NCBI GenBank assembly: GCA_027038175.1
Contig: JALVYB010000079.1
Coordinates: 1,215-65,214 of the forward strand
Direction: 5' to 3'
Source of the DNA: a candidate division WOR-3 bacterium
GTDB lineage: Bacteria; Hydrothermota; Hydrothermia; UBA1063; CAJXJZ01
Length of the DNA: 64,000 nt
This document shows positions 39,301-49,194 of the stretch, piece after piece. Numbering within the stretch: position 1 is the first letter of the stretch; every line of letters starts with the position of its first letter. The translations under genes and the position numbers were made by a program. Under the pieces are notes generated by a model, which saw only the letters and a program-made list of their open reading frames with translations, had not been told where the DNA came from and made no database searches.

Positions 39301-41309
39301 GTGTTGAGGAAAAAGATTTGGAAACTTTGGGAAAAATACTGCGAATTTTAGAGGATACTCCGTATGTAGAGAGAGAGCGAAGATTTCACGAGGACGAAAG
39401 AATTAAGATTTTATTAAACAAAATCCCAGAATTAAAAGATATGGTTTTGGATTTTTTGGAATTTAAAGAAAATTCGATAGACATTCAACTAAACACAAAG
39501 AACCCAGCAGAGTTTTTTGAGTTTTTCTCACATTACATAAAAGCCATGACAAAATTATATACTTCCTTCAAAAATAATCATGCAAATGAATTTAAAACCA
39601 TAAACAAGACTGATTTTCTGAAATATGTTACTTATGGGTTCTTCAGGGAAAATGAGAAAATGAGAATCAAAAACATGGTGACTAATGAAATAAGATTGAT
39701 GAACAAATATTTTAGAAAATATGGGTTTGTATCGATGGTAACTTTTGTTAAGTTTCCAAAATACTATTTCAAGATGTATGGGGATAAATACGAAGAATGG
39801 GATATTTGGGAGGCTGATTATGAAAAGCTGTCATGGATTATAAATATATTTGCACCAGAACTTGGAAAAGAGGTAGCCAATATGGTAAAAAACCTATTTA
39901 ACAAAAGAATAGACGAGAATATTGCTACCGCAGAAAAATACAAAAATATAATAAATGCGTTCCGCTCCAATATATGTACTGATGAATCCTTTACCATTGC
40001 CAGAAACATTATAAAGTTCTTCATGAACTATATAACTAATGATGACAATACAGAACTGACAAGCAACTATATAGATGGAATAATTCATCTAAACATTTTA
40101 TATGAGCCATACAAAACACGCACCTCTTATGATTCATTAGGAACTGAAGTAGTCAAACGAACAATTGCATTTTTATTAACAATTTCCAATTATTTAAAAA
40201 ATAGAGGTATTGACATTACAAAGTTTTTGAATGAACTAGATAGTGCTTTAGAAAAGGGTTTTGTAGCAGTACAAAAATCCCAAAAACACACTCAGATAGA
40301 TAGAATAATGACCACAACTATGCTAGTGCCTAACAAACTATTCCCTACTATAATCAGTTATATGTGGAGGCCTATGTATTCTATGAACATTAATGATGTG
40401 GATTTCCCGTTTTTCGTGTTGAATAACTGGGATTCTGAGAATTTCACAGAGTATACTTACTTTGTAATACCAAAAAAATGGTTCTTGGAGGCTTTTAACA
40501 CAAATAGTGGGAAGAAAAACTTTGATTACTTTCTGGAAATTTACAATTCTTTCAAAAAACTTTTAGCATACAAAATTGAATTCGGCTATACTGAAAACTC
40601 AAAAATAAACACCGATGTATACACCTTAATTAAAGCACTTGACTCCCCTCAAATAAAAATCCAAAAAAATGAAGAGGTGCTGGATAATCTGAAAAACAAA
40701 ATAGAAAAACACGCTTCAGATGAAAATACACACACAGAGATTGTGATGCTAACAGATGATGGGAGATTGTTTATTTGCAGAGGTAAGTGTAGTAAAAGGA
40801 TAAAAGAAATTGAGCAGTTGCTACCTCACGCATTAGTGGTTGCAAGATTTTTCTTCATCAAAGGGAAAGACGAACATGATAAAGAAGTTATAGAGCTTAC
40901 CGATGAGTGTGCGTGGATTAGAACTGAGCAGAACGAATTTCTAAAGCTTCCGCCCCGTAATATCTACGATGATGTCTCCTATGAATCCATCATAATAAGA
41001 ATGAATGAAATTTCAGAAGGGCTACGTTTAGACTTCCCAGAGAATCTTATAAATGCCACAAACAAGTTTAACAAGATGGTAAACTACATTTTTGATGTTT
41101 TAAATAAAACTTCACAGGGAAATTTGAAAATAGGTAAAAACACAGAATTAACATTAGAAAAGATAGTACATTCTTGGGAAAAAACCGTCGAAGAAATTGC
41201 CATAAAATTCCAGAATGAGACGTCAAAACATTTTTTATCAGTAATCAAAAAGTGTTACACAGAACTGTTGGAGAGTGCAAAAATAAAAGATGTGGATCTT
41301 GAATTGTAG
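39297..41309 (+). CDS. hypothetical 670-aa protein, paralog of 37378-39300
   Basis: See the paralog blocks listed for 37378-39300. 4-nt overlap with the previous stop. Confidence 0.5.
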   Translation: MSVEEKDLETLGKILRILEDTPYVERERRFHEDERIKILLNKIPELKDMVLDFLEFKENSIDIQLNTKNPAEFFEFFSHYIKAMTKLYTSFKNNHANEFKTINKTDFLKYVTYGFFRENEKMRIKNMVTNEIRLMNKYFRKYGFVSMVTFVKFPKYYFKMYGDKYEEWDIWEADYEKLSWIINIFAPELGKEVANMVKNLFNKRIDENIATAEKYKNIINAFRSNICTDESFTIARNIIKFFMNYITNDDNTELTSNYIDGIIHLNILYEPYKTRTSYDSLGTEVVKRTIAFLLTISNYLKNRGIDITKFLNELDSALEKGFVAVQKSQKHTQIDRIMTTTMLVPNKLFPTIISYMWRPMYSMNINDVDFPFFVLNNWDSENFTEYTYFVIPKKWFLEAFNTNSGKKNFDYFLEIYNSFKKLLAYKIEFGYTENSKINTDVYTLIKALDSPQIKIQKNEEVLDNLKNKIEKHASDENTHTEIVMLTDDGRLFICRGKCSKRIKEIEQLLPHALVVARFFFIKGKDEHDKEVIELTDECAWIRTEQNEFLKLPPRNIYDDVSYESIIIRMNEISEGLRLDFPENLINATNKFNKMVNYIFDVLNKTSQGNLKIGKNTELTLEKIVHSWEKTVEEIAIKFQNETSKHFLSVIKKCYTELLESAKIKDVDLEL

Positions 41310-41586
41310 AACATGAATGTAATCTTACATTTTTAACATTTAAACTTTTCGAGTTTTCTCAAAAAAACGTTTTTTAATTTGGAGCAAAATCAAAAGCAAA
41401 GCGTTATTTTTACGTGTTCTGCTAAAAAATAATCACTTACGAAATAAAATCCTTGCGTGAAATTTCAAAAGATTTAAATAGTATATATGAAAAACCGTTG
41501 TTTTTGGTTATACAAAAATATGTTAAAATGGTAATTTCAGCAATACATTTAAATAGTTTTATTATATAACGTTATATGGTGAGAAG

Positions 41587-41847
41587 ATGAAAACTGCAAT
41601 AATAAATCTTTCCGAGATAGAGAAGTCGGGAAACTTCTGTCTATCGACCCTGCGGTACGTGGAAGAGTGCCACAAATGTTCAATTTTCAAAATGGCGTTG
41701 GAGAAGCATAAAGGAGATGTTGAGAAAGCAATTGCTTCCCTGCGGTGCAATCCCCGTGTTAATGAGAAGTGGATTGAACTCTATAAGGAGAAGAGAAAGC
41801 ATCTTAACGCAATAAGGGAAATTGAGAAAGAAATGGAGGTGGTGTGA
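41587..41847 (+). CDS. hypothetical small protein
   Basis: 86-aa ORF following a 280-bp AT-rich intergenic region. Confidence 0.3.
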   Translation: MKTAIINLSEIEKSGNFCLSTLRYVEECHKCSIFKMALEKHKGDVEKAIASLRCNPRVNEKWIELYKEKRKHLNAIREIEKEMEVV

Positions 41848-42000
41848 ATGGATTTTTGGGAAGAAATGATGTATGAAGAATACGTGAAGATGACGGATGA
41901 TGAGAGAAAGATGTTGGAATTTTGCCTGTGGCATGGTTGTGAAGGGTTGGAATGAAGGAAGGGTTTACAAGCACGAGGTAGTGAGAAGAAGAGGGGGAGA

Positions 42001-42600
42001 ATGAAAATGAAAGCTCCAGACGAGGAGGTAAAGGAAAAACTTGACGATTTCCTGCGGGATTGGGTAAATGCAGAAGAGCGGGGGTTAAAGAGAGAAGAGA
42101 ACGTGAAAGTGAAAGAACACGGAAAGGAATATCATCTGCGATATGCTCTCTACACAAAAGGAAGATATGCGTGGGTTAGTGGAAGAAGGCGTTATTTCCC
42201 GCCAAGGCTTTATGGAGGCATAACCGTTGAGAAATACGAGGAGTATAAGGAATACATAGACCGCAGGATGTATGAAATAGAGATAGAGGAAAGTTGGATT
42301 ACGCAGGTGCTGAAAAAGGGAGAAAAACTCTTTACAGACCAAGGACACGGATTATATTCTATGAGGGTAAGGGTTCCCAAGGATGTATGGGAGAAGATAA
42401 AGGAGTATTTCTTCTACGTGAACAAGGACTGGTACGAAGACATGGACATATTCACTAATGGATACTGGGATACTTACTATGGCTGGGCTACGAGAGAGCC
42501 AGAGAATGTCGTGGAGATACTGCGGGAAGAAGCGGAAAAGAGGGCAACGGAAGAACACAGAAAAGTTGCTGGTATTAAAGATGAGGTGATAGAGAAATGA
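42001..42600 (+). CDS. hypothetical protein
   Basis: 199-aa ORF. Confidence 0.45.
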   Translation: MKMKAPDEEVKEKLDDFLRDWVNAEERGLKREENVKVKEHGKEYHLRYALYTKGRYAWVSGRRRYFPPRLYGGITVEKYEEYKEYIDRRMYEIEIEESWITQVLKKGEKLFTDQGHGLYSMRVRVPKDVWEKIKEYFFYVNKDWYEDMDIFTNGYWDTYYGWATREPENVVEILREEAEKRATEEHRKVAGIKDEVIEK

Positions 42601-43112
42601 AAGCATGGAAAAGAGTAGGTATGGATGAGGTAAAGGTTGGAGATGTGGTTTATTTTATGAGATATGGGACATACGGGGACTATGTTCCTGCGAAGGTTGT
42701 GAAGAAAGGAAGGAAAAGGATATACCTTGAATACACAATTGGGTTGATGAAGAAGAATTTAGTCGTAAATAACGTTTTCATACCTTACGAGTGGGACATA
42801 AACTTAGAGAAGGAGATGAGATTTCTCTACTACGATGTTCCAAAGGCGGGAGGTAGGGAAGGAACGAGAAAATTGCTACGAGAGAATGGCTACAACCTTG
42901 TTGATAGTGGAGAGAAGCATGATATTTTCAGGAAGGAGAATTTAAATGTAGGAATATACTACAACGGGAATATGCCAATAGTAGAATTCGTTGAGGACAC
43001 GGAGACAGGAGTTCAGTATTACAGGGTCGGGTGGAACATAGAGAGAGCGATAGAAATGGTAAAGGAAGTAGCAAGTGCTAAAAATAGCGAAATGGAAGAA
43101 CAGGAGGTTTGA
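42597..43112 (+). CDS. hypothetical protein, paralog of 11148-11591
   Basis: See the paralog evidence given for 11148-11591. Confidence 0.45.
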   Translation: MKAWKRVGMDEVKVGDVVYFMRYGTYGDYVPAKVVKKGRKRIYLEYTIGLMKKNLVVNNVFIPYEWDINLEKEMRFLYYDVPKAGGREGTRKLLRENGYNLVDSGEKHDIFRKENLNVGIYYNGNMPIVEFVEDTETGVQYYRVGWNIERAIEMVKEVASAKNSEMEEQEV

Positions 43113-43453
43113 ATATGAAAAAGATAGATAGAAAGAGGTTTGATTGGGTTCGTGTGAGCGTGATAATAAGAGAGGATCAAAAAGAGAATTTGTTGAAACT
43201 GGGCATAAACTTTTCAGAATTTGTGAGGGAGAAGATTGACGAACTTCTTTACATTCCTCTCTTTGTTGTTAGAGTGGAAGGAGAGAGTAGCATACCAGAA
43301 GGTTCAGTAATACTTCTACCAGTTGAGGAGAGAAACAAAATAAAAGTTGTGCGGGGAAAGGAATACATTAGAGATGGAGCGGTCAAATACTACGTTAAAG
43401 AAGTCGGGTGGGAAGGAGTGAAAAGAAGGAGGTATGTATATGTTTACGAATAA
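43109..43453 (+). CDS. RHH-domain protein, paralog of 13027-13383
   Basis: RVSVIIREDQKENLLKLGINFSEFVREKI is RHH-like. The C-terminal half aligns with 13027-13383. Confidence 0.5.
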   Translation: MNMKKIDRKRFDWVRVSVIIREDQKENLLKLGINFSEFVREKIDELLYIPLFVVRVEGESSIPEGSVILLPVEERNKIKVVRGKEYIRDGAVKYYVKEVGWEGVKRRRYVYVYE

Positions 43454-43707
43454 TCAGAAAGTCCCCAATGAAGTAGAAAATCCGCCTTCGCCAAATTTAA
43501 AAGAGCAAGACAAAGTCCACGCAAACGGGGTTCAGCACATTTTCAACAAACAAAATTTGTTAGTAAATTTTAATACAAAAATTTAAATAGGAGTAATCTA
43601 TTAAGTATTTGGTGGCGGGAGATGGTGTATGAATGGAGGTGGAACATATATGCGTCTTGAAGGTTCTTGTTTTAGGTGGGGCTCTCTCTCTATGATGATA
43701 GAAAGGG

Positions 43708-44796
43708 GTGCAGGAAATGAAGTGGAAAGATGAGATAAACAAGGGATTGATATTTTTTGGGAGTTTGGATGAGGCTGTTAGAAGAATAAGTGAGCTGAAA
43801 GCGAGTTTAGACATAGCTAGTGAAGAGTTAAAAGCCAAGGAAGAGAAGATAGATATGCTTGTGGAGAGAGACCTGCACGATATGTATGAGAAAGTTGAAA
43901 AAGCGAAGCAAAGGTATTTATCTCTCAAGAGGGAATACGATGAGGTGTTTGAAAAGCGGAAGAACGAGTATTTATCCGAGCTTTTCAATGCTGTGAAAGG
44001 AGCAAAAACTTCGCTGTATTCTAACTTTATACGCTATTCCAAGTTTGCGTATGCTGTATTCCTGCGTAAGATTTTAAAATACACCAACAATGGTTATTCA
44101 ATAGTAGAGGTGAGGATGAAATACGTGTATGGTGGTGGGGTAAAATTAAAGCTTGGGAAGAACAGGGCAAAAGAAAGTGTAAAGGACATCATCGGGTTCG
44201 GAGTGGATGATGACGGATTGTTCTACATATACCGAGAGGAAAACATAAATTACAAGGATTACCTTCCTTTAAAAGAGGATGAGAGATTTCTGGGAGATTT
44301 AGGAGTTCCGTATTATGCCAAGGTTAAGATGGTGATGGGAAGCAAGGCTGTTGTAATCACCTTCAGGGTTCTGGACAACTTCAATGAAATTTACGAGCAA
44401 CCCATCAGGATAACAAAGATGAATGCAGGAGAAGACATGAATGGGGAAATCACGAAGCTCAAAGAACACATTTATCAGGTAGTCAAGGACGCAAAGAGGT
44501 TACCCATCACCCATCTGTTGAAATTTGGAGAGGGGCCTAGCATTCTGCGTTCAAAAAATTATCCTCACCTTTACTACATTAAAGGCATAAGGTTAGACGT
44601 TGCACGGGCAGTCGAAGAGTTAATAAAAGAGGGAAAAGTGGGTGTTGCACCCGAGAACTTTGTTAATTTAATATCAGAGGGATACGCTCCAAATATGCCT
44701 CTTGCCACCGATTACAGAGAATACTCAGAAGACCGATGGTTTCCTGTAAGTTTGGTGGTGGAAGGGGGGACTGACGACATAGAGGTGATAGAATGA
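43708..44796 (+). CDS. hypothetical 362-aa protein
   Basis: Long ORF with an N-terminal coiled-coil-like segment. Confidence 0.45.
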   Translation: MQEMKWKDEINKGLIFFGSLDEAVRRISELKASLDIASEELKAKEEKIDMLVERDLHDMYEKVEKAKQRYLSLKREYDEVFEKRKNEYLSELFNAVKGAKTSLYSNFIRYSKFAYAVFLRKILKYTNNGYSIVEVRMKYVYGGGVKLKLGKNRAKESVKDIIGFGVDDDGLFYIYREENINYKDYLPLKEDERFLGDLGVPYYAKVKMVMGSKAVVITFRVLDNFNEIYEQPIRITKMNAGEDMNGEITKLKEHIYQVVKDAKRLPITHLLKFGEGPSILRSKNYPHLYYIKGIRLDVARAVEELIKEGKVGVAPENFVNLISEGYAPNMPLATDYREYSEDRWFPVSLVVEGGTDDIEVIE

Positions 44797-44815
44797 ATGG
44801 TTTTGTTGGTGTTTT

Positions 44816-45166
44816 TTGTGGAGGTGGGGTGGTTTGACGTCTTGTGTAGCAAAGCACCACAAGTGTGCGGAAGTAGGAGATGATGAGAAGGAGAAGATAA
44901 AAAACATAGTTGGTGAGGCTTTAAGGGAAAGCCACAGAGCCAGAGATGATGATAGATATTTGGTATGGTATGTCTGGCATAAGCTTTCCAGAAGGACATT
45001 TATTCCGTTTGAAGACTTTGAGAAGTTGCCTTCGCCAGAAACAATCACCAGATGGCGAAGGTATTACCAGAACACTTTGGGCTTGTATGTTGGAAGGAGG
45101 CAGAAAGCGAGGAAGAAGTTAAAGGAGCAAAAGAAGAAGTTTTGGAGGCAGATGAAGATTTCGTAA
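44816..45166 (+). CDS. hypothetical basic protein
   Basis: 116-aa ORF with a K/R-rich C-terminus. Confidence 0.35.
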   Translation: MWRWGGLTSCVAKHHKCAEVGDDEKEKIKNIVGEALRESHRARDDDRYLVWYVWHKLSRRTFIPFEDFEKLPSPETITRWRRYYQNTLGLYVGRRQKARKKLKEQKKKFWRQMKIS

Positions 45167-45178
45167 AAGGAGGGTTAG

Positions 45179-45802
45179 GTGATGAAAAATATGATAAAAG
45201 ATGATGAGGTACGAGCGGTTGGGTTCATAGATGGAAAAGAGGTTCAGCTGGAACTACCAAAAAAGTATTTCAGGCCCAGAATTAGTAGTAGTGTTTTTGT
45301 AGTAAGTGATGGAATGGTAAGCATGGCTCTATTCAGGATAAAGTATGGGAAAAACAGGATGCTGGTACCAAAAAGCCCAGAGTTGTACATAAAAGGTGAT
45401 GAAGTTGAATATGCAAGGGATTTCTTGAGGAGGTTAGAGGGTAACGGAGGAATAAAGATAATACGCTATGTTGTGGGATGGAGGGATTTTTCCTATGCTC
45501 TTGTTCCAGAGACGATGAAAGAATACGACAAGGAAGTTATAGAAATCCTAGGAATACAGGGTAGAAAAATAGGGGATGATTTCATAACAAGAATGTCCAG
45601 TTATGCTTGGAAGTACAAGGCAGAGATAATTATGAGCGAGATACTCAAAAAAGATGTTGAAATTTCCAACGGTGCTTTTATCTGGGCAGTCATAGAGGAG
45701 ATAAAGGAAGGGAGTGATAGATTCATAATTGAGATGGTGGAAAATACCTCTATAATTAAAATCAGAATGGGAGTTGAGGTGGTGGGTATTGGAAAAATAT
45801 GA
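45179..45802 (+). CDS. hypothetical protein
   Basis: 207-aa ORF. Confidence 0.4.
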   Translation: MMKNMIKDDEVRAVGFIDGKEVQLELPKKYFRPRISSSVFVVSDGMVSMALFRIKYGKNRMLVPKSPELYIKGDEVEYARDFLRRLEGNGGIKIIRYVVGWRDFSYALVPETMKEYDKEVIEILGIQGRKIGDDFITRMSSYAWKYKAEIIMSEILKKDVEISNGAFIWAVIEEIKEGSDRFIIEMVENTSIIKIRMGVEVVGIGKI

Positions 45803-46280
45803 AATATCTAAGTGTGTGATACAGGGAATTCGTGGAAAGAGCGTTGTGTATTACGAAGGGTTAGAAACCACCAGTGGTAAGAAGGTGTTGATTGTCAGGA
45901 ATGCCATTAGTTTTGGTTGGAAAGTTGGGCAAGAGGTTCACTTCTATTCCAGAGCAGAATACAAAAAAGATGGAAGAAAAATCCTCACACCAGTGCCGAG
46001 AGATGTTTTCATCAGGGTTATGAAGCCATTGTGGGTAAGCGAACTTGAAGATTATGTAAAGATAATAACGGATGACCCGACAATCATCAAAAAAAGGCTC
46101 AAACTCATTGTGCCAAGGATGATAGAGCTTTCGTTGTATCTTGACTCATTCGATGAGGTAGAGGAAGTATTGAAACAAGCCGTCGCAAGGATTAATGATG
46201 ACACAGTTGCTAAACAAGTTGAAGCGGAAATTGAGCTTGGAAGACACATATCTGAAAAGATGGGCAAAGGTGATGCTTAA
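45774..46280 (+). CDS. hypothetical protein
   Basis: 168-aa ORF. Confidence 0.4.
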   Translation: MRWWVLEKYEISKCVIQGIRGKSVVYYEGLETTSGKKVLIVRNAISFGWKVGQEVHFYSRAEYKKDGRKILTPVPRDVFIRVMKPLWVSELEDYVKIITDDPTIIKKRLKLIVPRMIELSLYLDSFDEVEEVLKQAVARINDDTVAKQVEAEIELGRHISEKMGKGDA

Positions 46281-46696
46281 TGGTGAGGGAGGAAGAGTTG
46301 CTGGATGGGGTGCGTGTAAAAGATATAGCAAGGCAGCAAAACATTGTGTTGCGTGTGATGGGGTTTGAAGAAAAAGCCACCAAAGAGTTTGAGGTGTGGT
46401 TATATTCTTTATTTCCTCCCTCACCAAGATGGTACATTAGCAAGATTTTCTCTATCTACAATGTTAATGAGGATTGCTACGTTGTTTTTGAGAACGGAAA
46501 GGGAGAAGCGATGAACAAAGTATCTCTTGTTGAGTTTTTAAAAAGTTTAAAAAATTCTCTAAAAAATAGCGAAAGGTATTCCATCAAGGTCAAGAATGGA
46601 GAAGTTGGTGTGCTTTGGGATTCTCTAACGAAGGAGCGCATCAAACCTCCAGAGGGAATCAAATTGTGGAGAAGGGGGTATGTCAGAAATGAGTGA
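46280..46696 (+). CDS. hypothetical protein
   Basis: 138-aa ORF. Confidence 0.4.
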   Translation: MVREEELLDGVRVKDIARQQNIVLRVMGFEEKATKEFEVWLYSLFPPSPRWYISKIFSIYNVNEDCYVVFENGKGEAMNKVSLVEFLKSLKNSLKNSERYSIKVKNGEVGVLWDSLTKERIKPPEGIKLWRRGYVRNE

Positions 46697-47651
46697 AGCG
46701 GTTGCTAAAAAGGTTTTGCTTTCGTACCTCGTGGATGTTTATGACGATACTGCTGAGTTGCACAAGAAGATGAAGATAAGGTTAAGGGATTTAGATAACG
46801 TTGAGTTTGCCGAGACGGGCTTTGTAAGGGAACTCATGAAAAGCAGGGCAGAAGCTTTAAACAAAACAAAAGAGTTGTTAAAAAAAGAAATTATGAAAAT
46901 AGCCAAAGATTTTCCTCTCTACAACAGGTGGTGTGCTTATGTTCATGGCTTCTCTCCTTTATTTTTCGGGTATTTTATGAGGTACATAGATTTTGACAAA
47001 GCCAAGCACGTTTCGTCTCTCTACTCTTACGCTGGGTTAGTGGTGGATGATAAAACAGGGTTGGCAGCCAAGAGGGGCATAAAATACAACCCAAAATTCA
47101 AGTCGTTTCTCTATACTGTTGGAACTTCATTCGAGAGAAGAGGGAGAGGGTACAGAAAAATCTATGAAGAGTTCAAGGCGGAAGAGATGAGCAAGGCAAA
47201 GATAATAGTGAAAGTCAAAGAACTAGACAAATACAAGGGCTATTACTTGGGAGACAAAGTCCTGAACAGCAAGATCATTGAAAAGATAAAAAGAGAAGAG
47301 AAGGGTTTTGTCGAGGTAAGAAGGTCTTATGCACACATCAGAATGAGGACTTTGAGAAAGCTAGAGAAAGTGTTTCTGGCACATATGTTCATAGTTCATA
47401 AATGGCTTTCTGAAAAGAAAGTTGAGGTACATTATCAAGGTTTAAAGGATGGTTGGACATATATGCCTGTAATAGACGTGCCGAAGATTCTTCTTGAAGG
47501 TGATGACAGGTTTGCTTGGTGGTTTGAATTAAAGGATGCTTATGTAGATGAGGGCATAAAGCCAATACCTGTTTTTTATGAAGCGAGGCAAAGCAATAGC
47601 GACCACTCATACAACGTTAAAGAGCAAATTGGGGGTGAAGTAGATGAGTAA
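46680..47651 (+). CDS. hypothetical 323-aa protein with a helix-hairpin-helix-like segment (remote resemblance to the IS110-family C-terminal DNA-binding module)
   Basis: HVSSLYSYAGLVVDDKTGLAAKRGIKYNPKFKSFLYTVG loosely follows the pattern L.SYAGL.P...SG....I.K.GN..LR..LY. No DEDD N-terminal domain is seen. Confidence 0.35.
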   Translation: MSEMSEAVAKKVLLSYLVDVYDDTAELHKKMKIRLRDLDNVEFAETGFVRELMKSRAEALNKTKELLKKEIMKIAKDFPLYNRWCAYVHGFSPLFFGYFMRYIDFDKAKHVSSLYSYAGLVVDDKTGLAAKRGIKYNPKFKSFLYTVGTSFERRGRGYRKIYEEFKAEEMSKAKIIVKVKELDKYKGYYLGDKVLNSKIIEKIKREEKGFVEVRRSYAHIRMRTLRKLEKVFLAHMFIVHKWLSEKKVEVHYQGLKDGWTYMPVIDVPKILLEGDDRFAWWFELKDAYVDEGIKPIPVFYEARQSNSDHSYNVKEQIGGEVDE

Positions 47652-48456
47652 TAAGTTATCGAAAAATGAGATGAACCAAATTGTGAGAGAAAGAAATTAC
47701 GCAAGGTATGCGGTGAAGAAATATATTGGTGGAGATGTAAAAGAGGTACTTGCAGAGCTGGTGATGAGAGACAGGATAGAGGCAGAGATAGATGGTAGAA
47801 AACTACTGCTATCCTCAAAACCACTATTCATTGGGATATACAAAGGGCCTGACGGAAACTTATACATATACAACAACGGGACGGTTGGGTTTGGCACGAA
47901 GAAAGTTACAGATGATCTCAGAATGTTAAAAGCAAAAAGTAAAGAGAGAGGAAAGAAGCTCTTAGTTATTGAAGCAAGTGAAGAAGGAAAGAAGCTCGTA
48001 GGGGATGTAGAAAAGATGGATAATGGGACGGAGGTTCTGAAGAGTGAAGTTAAACTGTACGAGGTAATGGATTTAATGTTGGAACTTACGTTAAAGAGAG
48101 TGTGGAACGGTAACGAGAACAAAGCTCTTCGCTATGACATCTATGACGCTGTTGCTACGCACAAACCAGACATATACACAATATACAAAGGAAAGAGAGA
48201 TAAATGGGAGGGCTATTACTTTGTGTTTAAAAACGGGTTGAATGAGCTTGTACTTCATGGTGATGAACAAGTGAAGAACTACGTTGGGCGTTTGATGGGT
48301 GTTGATTCCATAAAGGGAGTGACAAAAGAGATAAAGATAATGAGGTATGCAGAAGAGTTTAAACCCTTGGTTGAGAGAATTAAGGATGAGGCAAGGAGAA
48401 GTGAAGTGGTGAAAATTGAGGATAAAACTTTGGGAGATGATTTGATAGAACTTTAA
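47644..48456 (+). CDS. hypothetical protein
   Basis: 270-aa ORF. Confidence 0.4.
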   Translation: MSNKLSKNEMNQIVRERNYARYAVKKYIGGDVKEVLAELVMRDRIEAEIDGRKLLLSSKPLFIGIYKGPDGNLYIYNNGTVGFGTKKVTDDLRMLKAKSKERGKKLLVIEASEEGKKLVGDVEKMDNGTEVLKSEVKLYEVMDLMLELTLKRVWNGNENKALRYDIYDAVATHKPDIYTIYKGKRDKWEGYYFVFKNGLNELVLHGDEQVKNYVGRLMGVDSIKGVTKEIKIMRYAEEFKPLVERIKDEARRSEVVKIEDKTLGDDLIEL

Positions 48457-48463
48457 AAGTTGT

Positions 48464-48883
48464 GTGAGGTGGTGTGGTGTGGTAAAAGTAAAAGGAATTA
48501 AAGGAGAGATAAAAAGCAAGGAAAGAATGTTGCTAGTGTTGAGCGAGAAAATAGAGTCTATCAATCAAGCGATTGGTGACAAGTATGTCATACTCTTTGA
48601 GGATGACGAACCTTTTACCAGACTCAAGTTGCTTGATACGGAGTACGGCATTCCTCTCTATGTTCGTACAATGGAAGGAGCCAGTTTGAAAGAGTTGGCT
48701 TGGCTTTATGAGAAAGGGATAAGAGATATGCTATCTATGATTAAGCAATACGAAAGTGGTAAAGTTGTAAAAGAACCTTACATTTTCAACAAGTTAAGGG
48801 GCAAAGCTTGGGCAAGTCATAACGTTTATGAAAAGAGTCACTTGATGGGTAAGGAAGGAATAAGGACGGGGGTGATGGTATAA
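48464..48883 (+). CDS. hypothetical protein
   Basis: 139-aa ORF. Confidence 0.35.
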   Translation: MRWCGVVKVKGIKGEIKSKERMLLVLSEKIESINQAIGDKYVILFEDDEPFTRLKLLDTEYGIPLYVRTMEGASLKELAWLYEKGIRDMLSMIKQYESGKVVKEPYIFNKLRGKAWASHNVYEKSHLMGKEGIRTGVMV

Positions 48884-48894
48884 TAGACTACACT

Positions 48895-49194
48895 ATGATT
48901 ATGGTGATATATTTCGGAAAAGAAGGCACAAAGAAGATGTCTGGTTTAATGAGAGGAGATGAAAATCCCACGAAGTTAGCACTAGATTTTCTGAGAAATG
49001 AGAACTTGGATGCGAAGAATCCTGTGTTTCTATTTTACAGAGACCCTGTTGCAGAGTCTTTGTTGCGTTTTGTCTATTACAGAGATGGTTTGGTTGATGA
49101 AAAGGGCAACTGGATAAATCCCACGGATGTGATTACGATTCCTCTAAACCATGCCAGAGATTTGGTAGAAATGATGGAGAAGGTGATAAAATGA
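48895..49194 (+). CDS. hypothetical protein
   Basis: 99-aa ORF. Confidence 0.35.
   Translation: MIMVIYFGKEGTKKMSGLMRGDENPTKLALDFLRNENLDAKNPVFLFYRDPVAESLLRFVYYRDGLVDEKGNWINPTDVITIPLNHARDLVEMMEKVIK

Noticed and set aside
41310-41586. Long AT-rich intergenic region as a possible second origin or non-coding RNA
   Set aside because: No repeats, dyads or conserved structure were seen. It is most simply a promoter region for the 41587 gene cluster.
44663-45048. Three overlapping minus-strand ORFs rich in P/H/S
   Set aside because: They overlap plus-strand genes in a consistently plus-oriented array, and their composition is atypical of the real proteins here.
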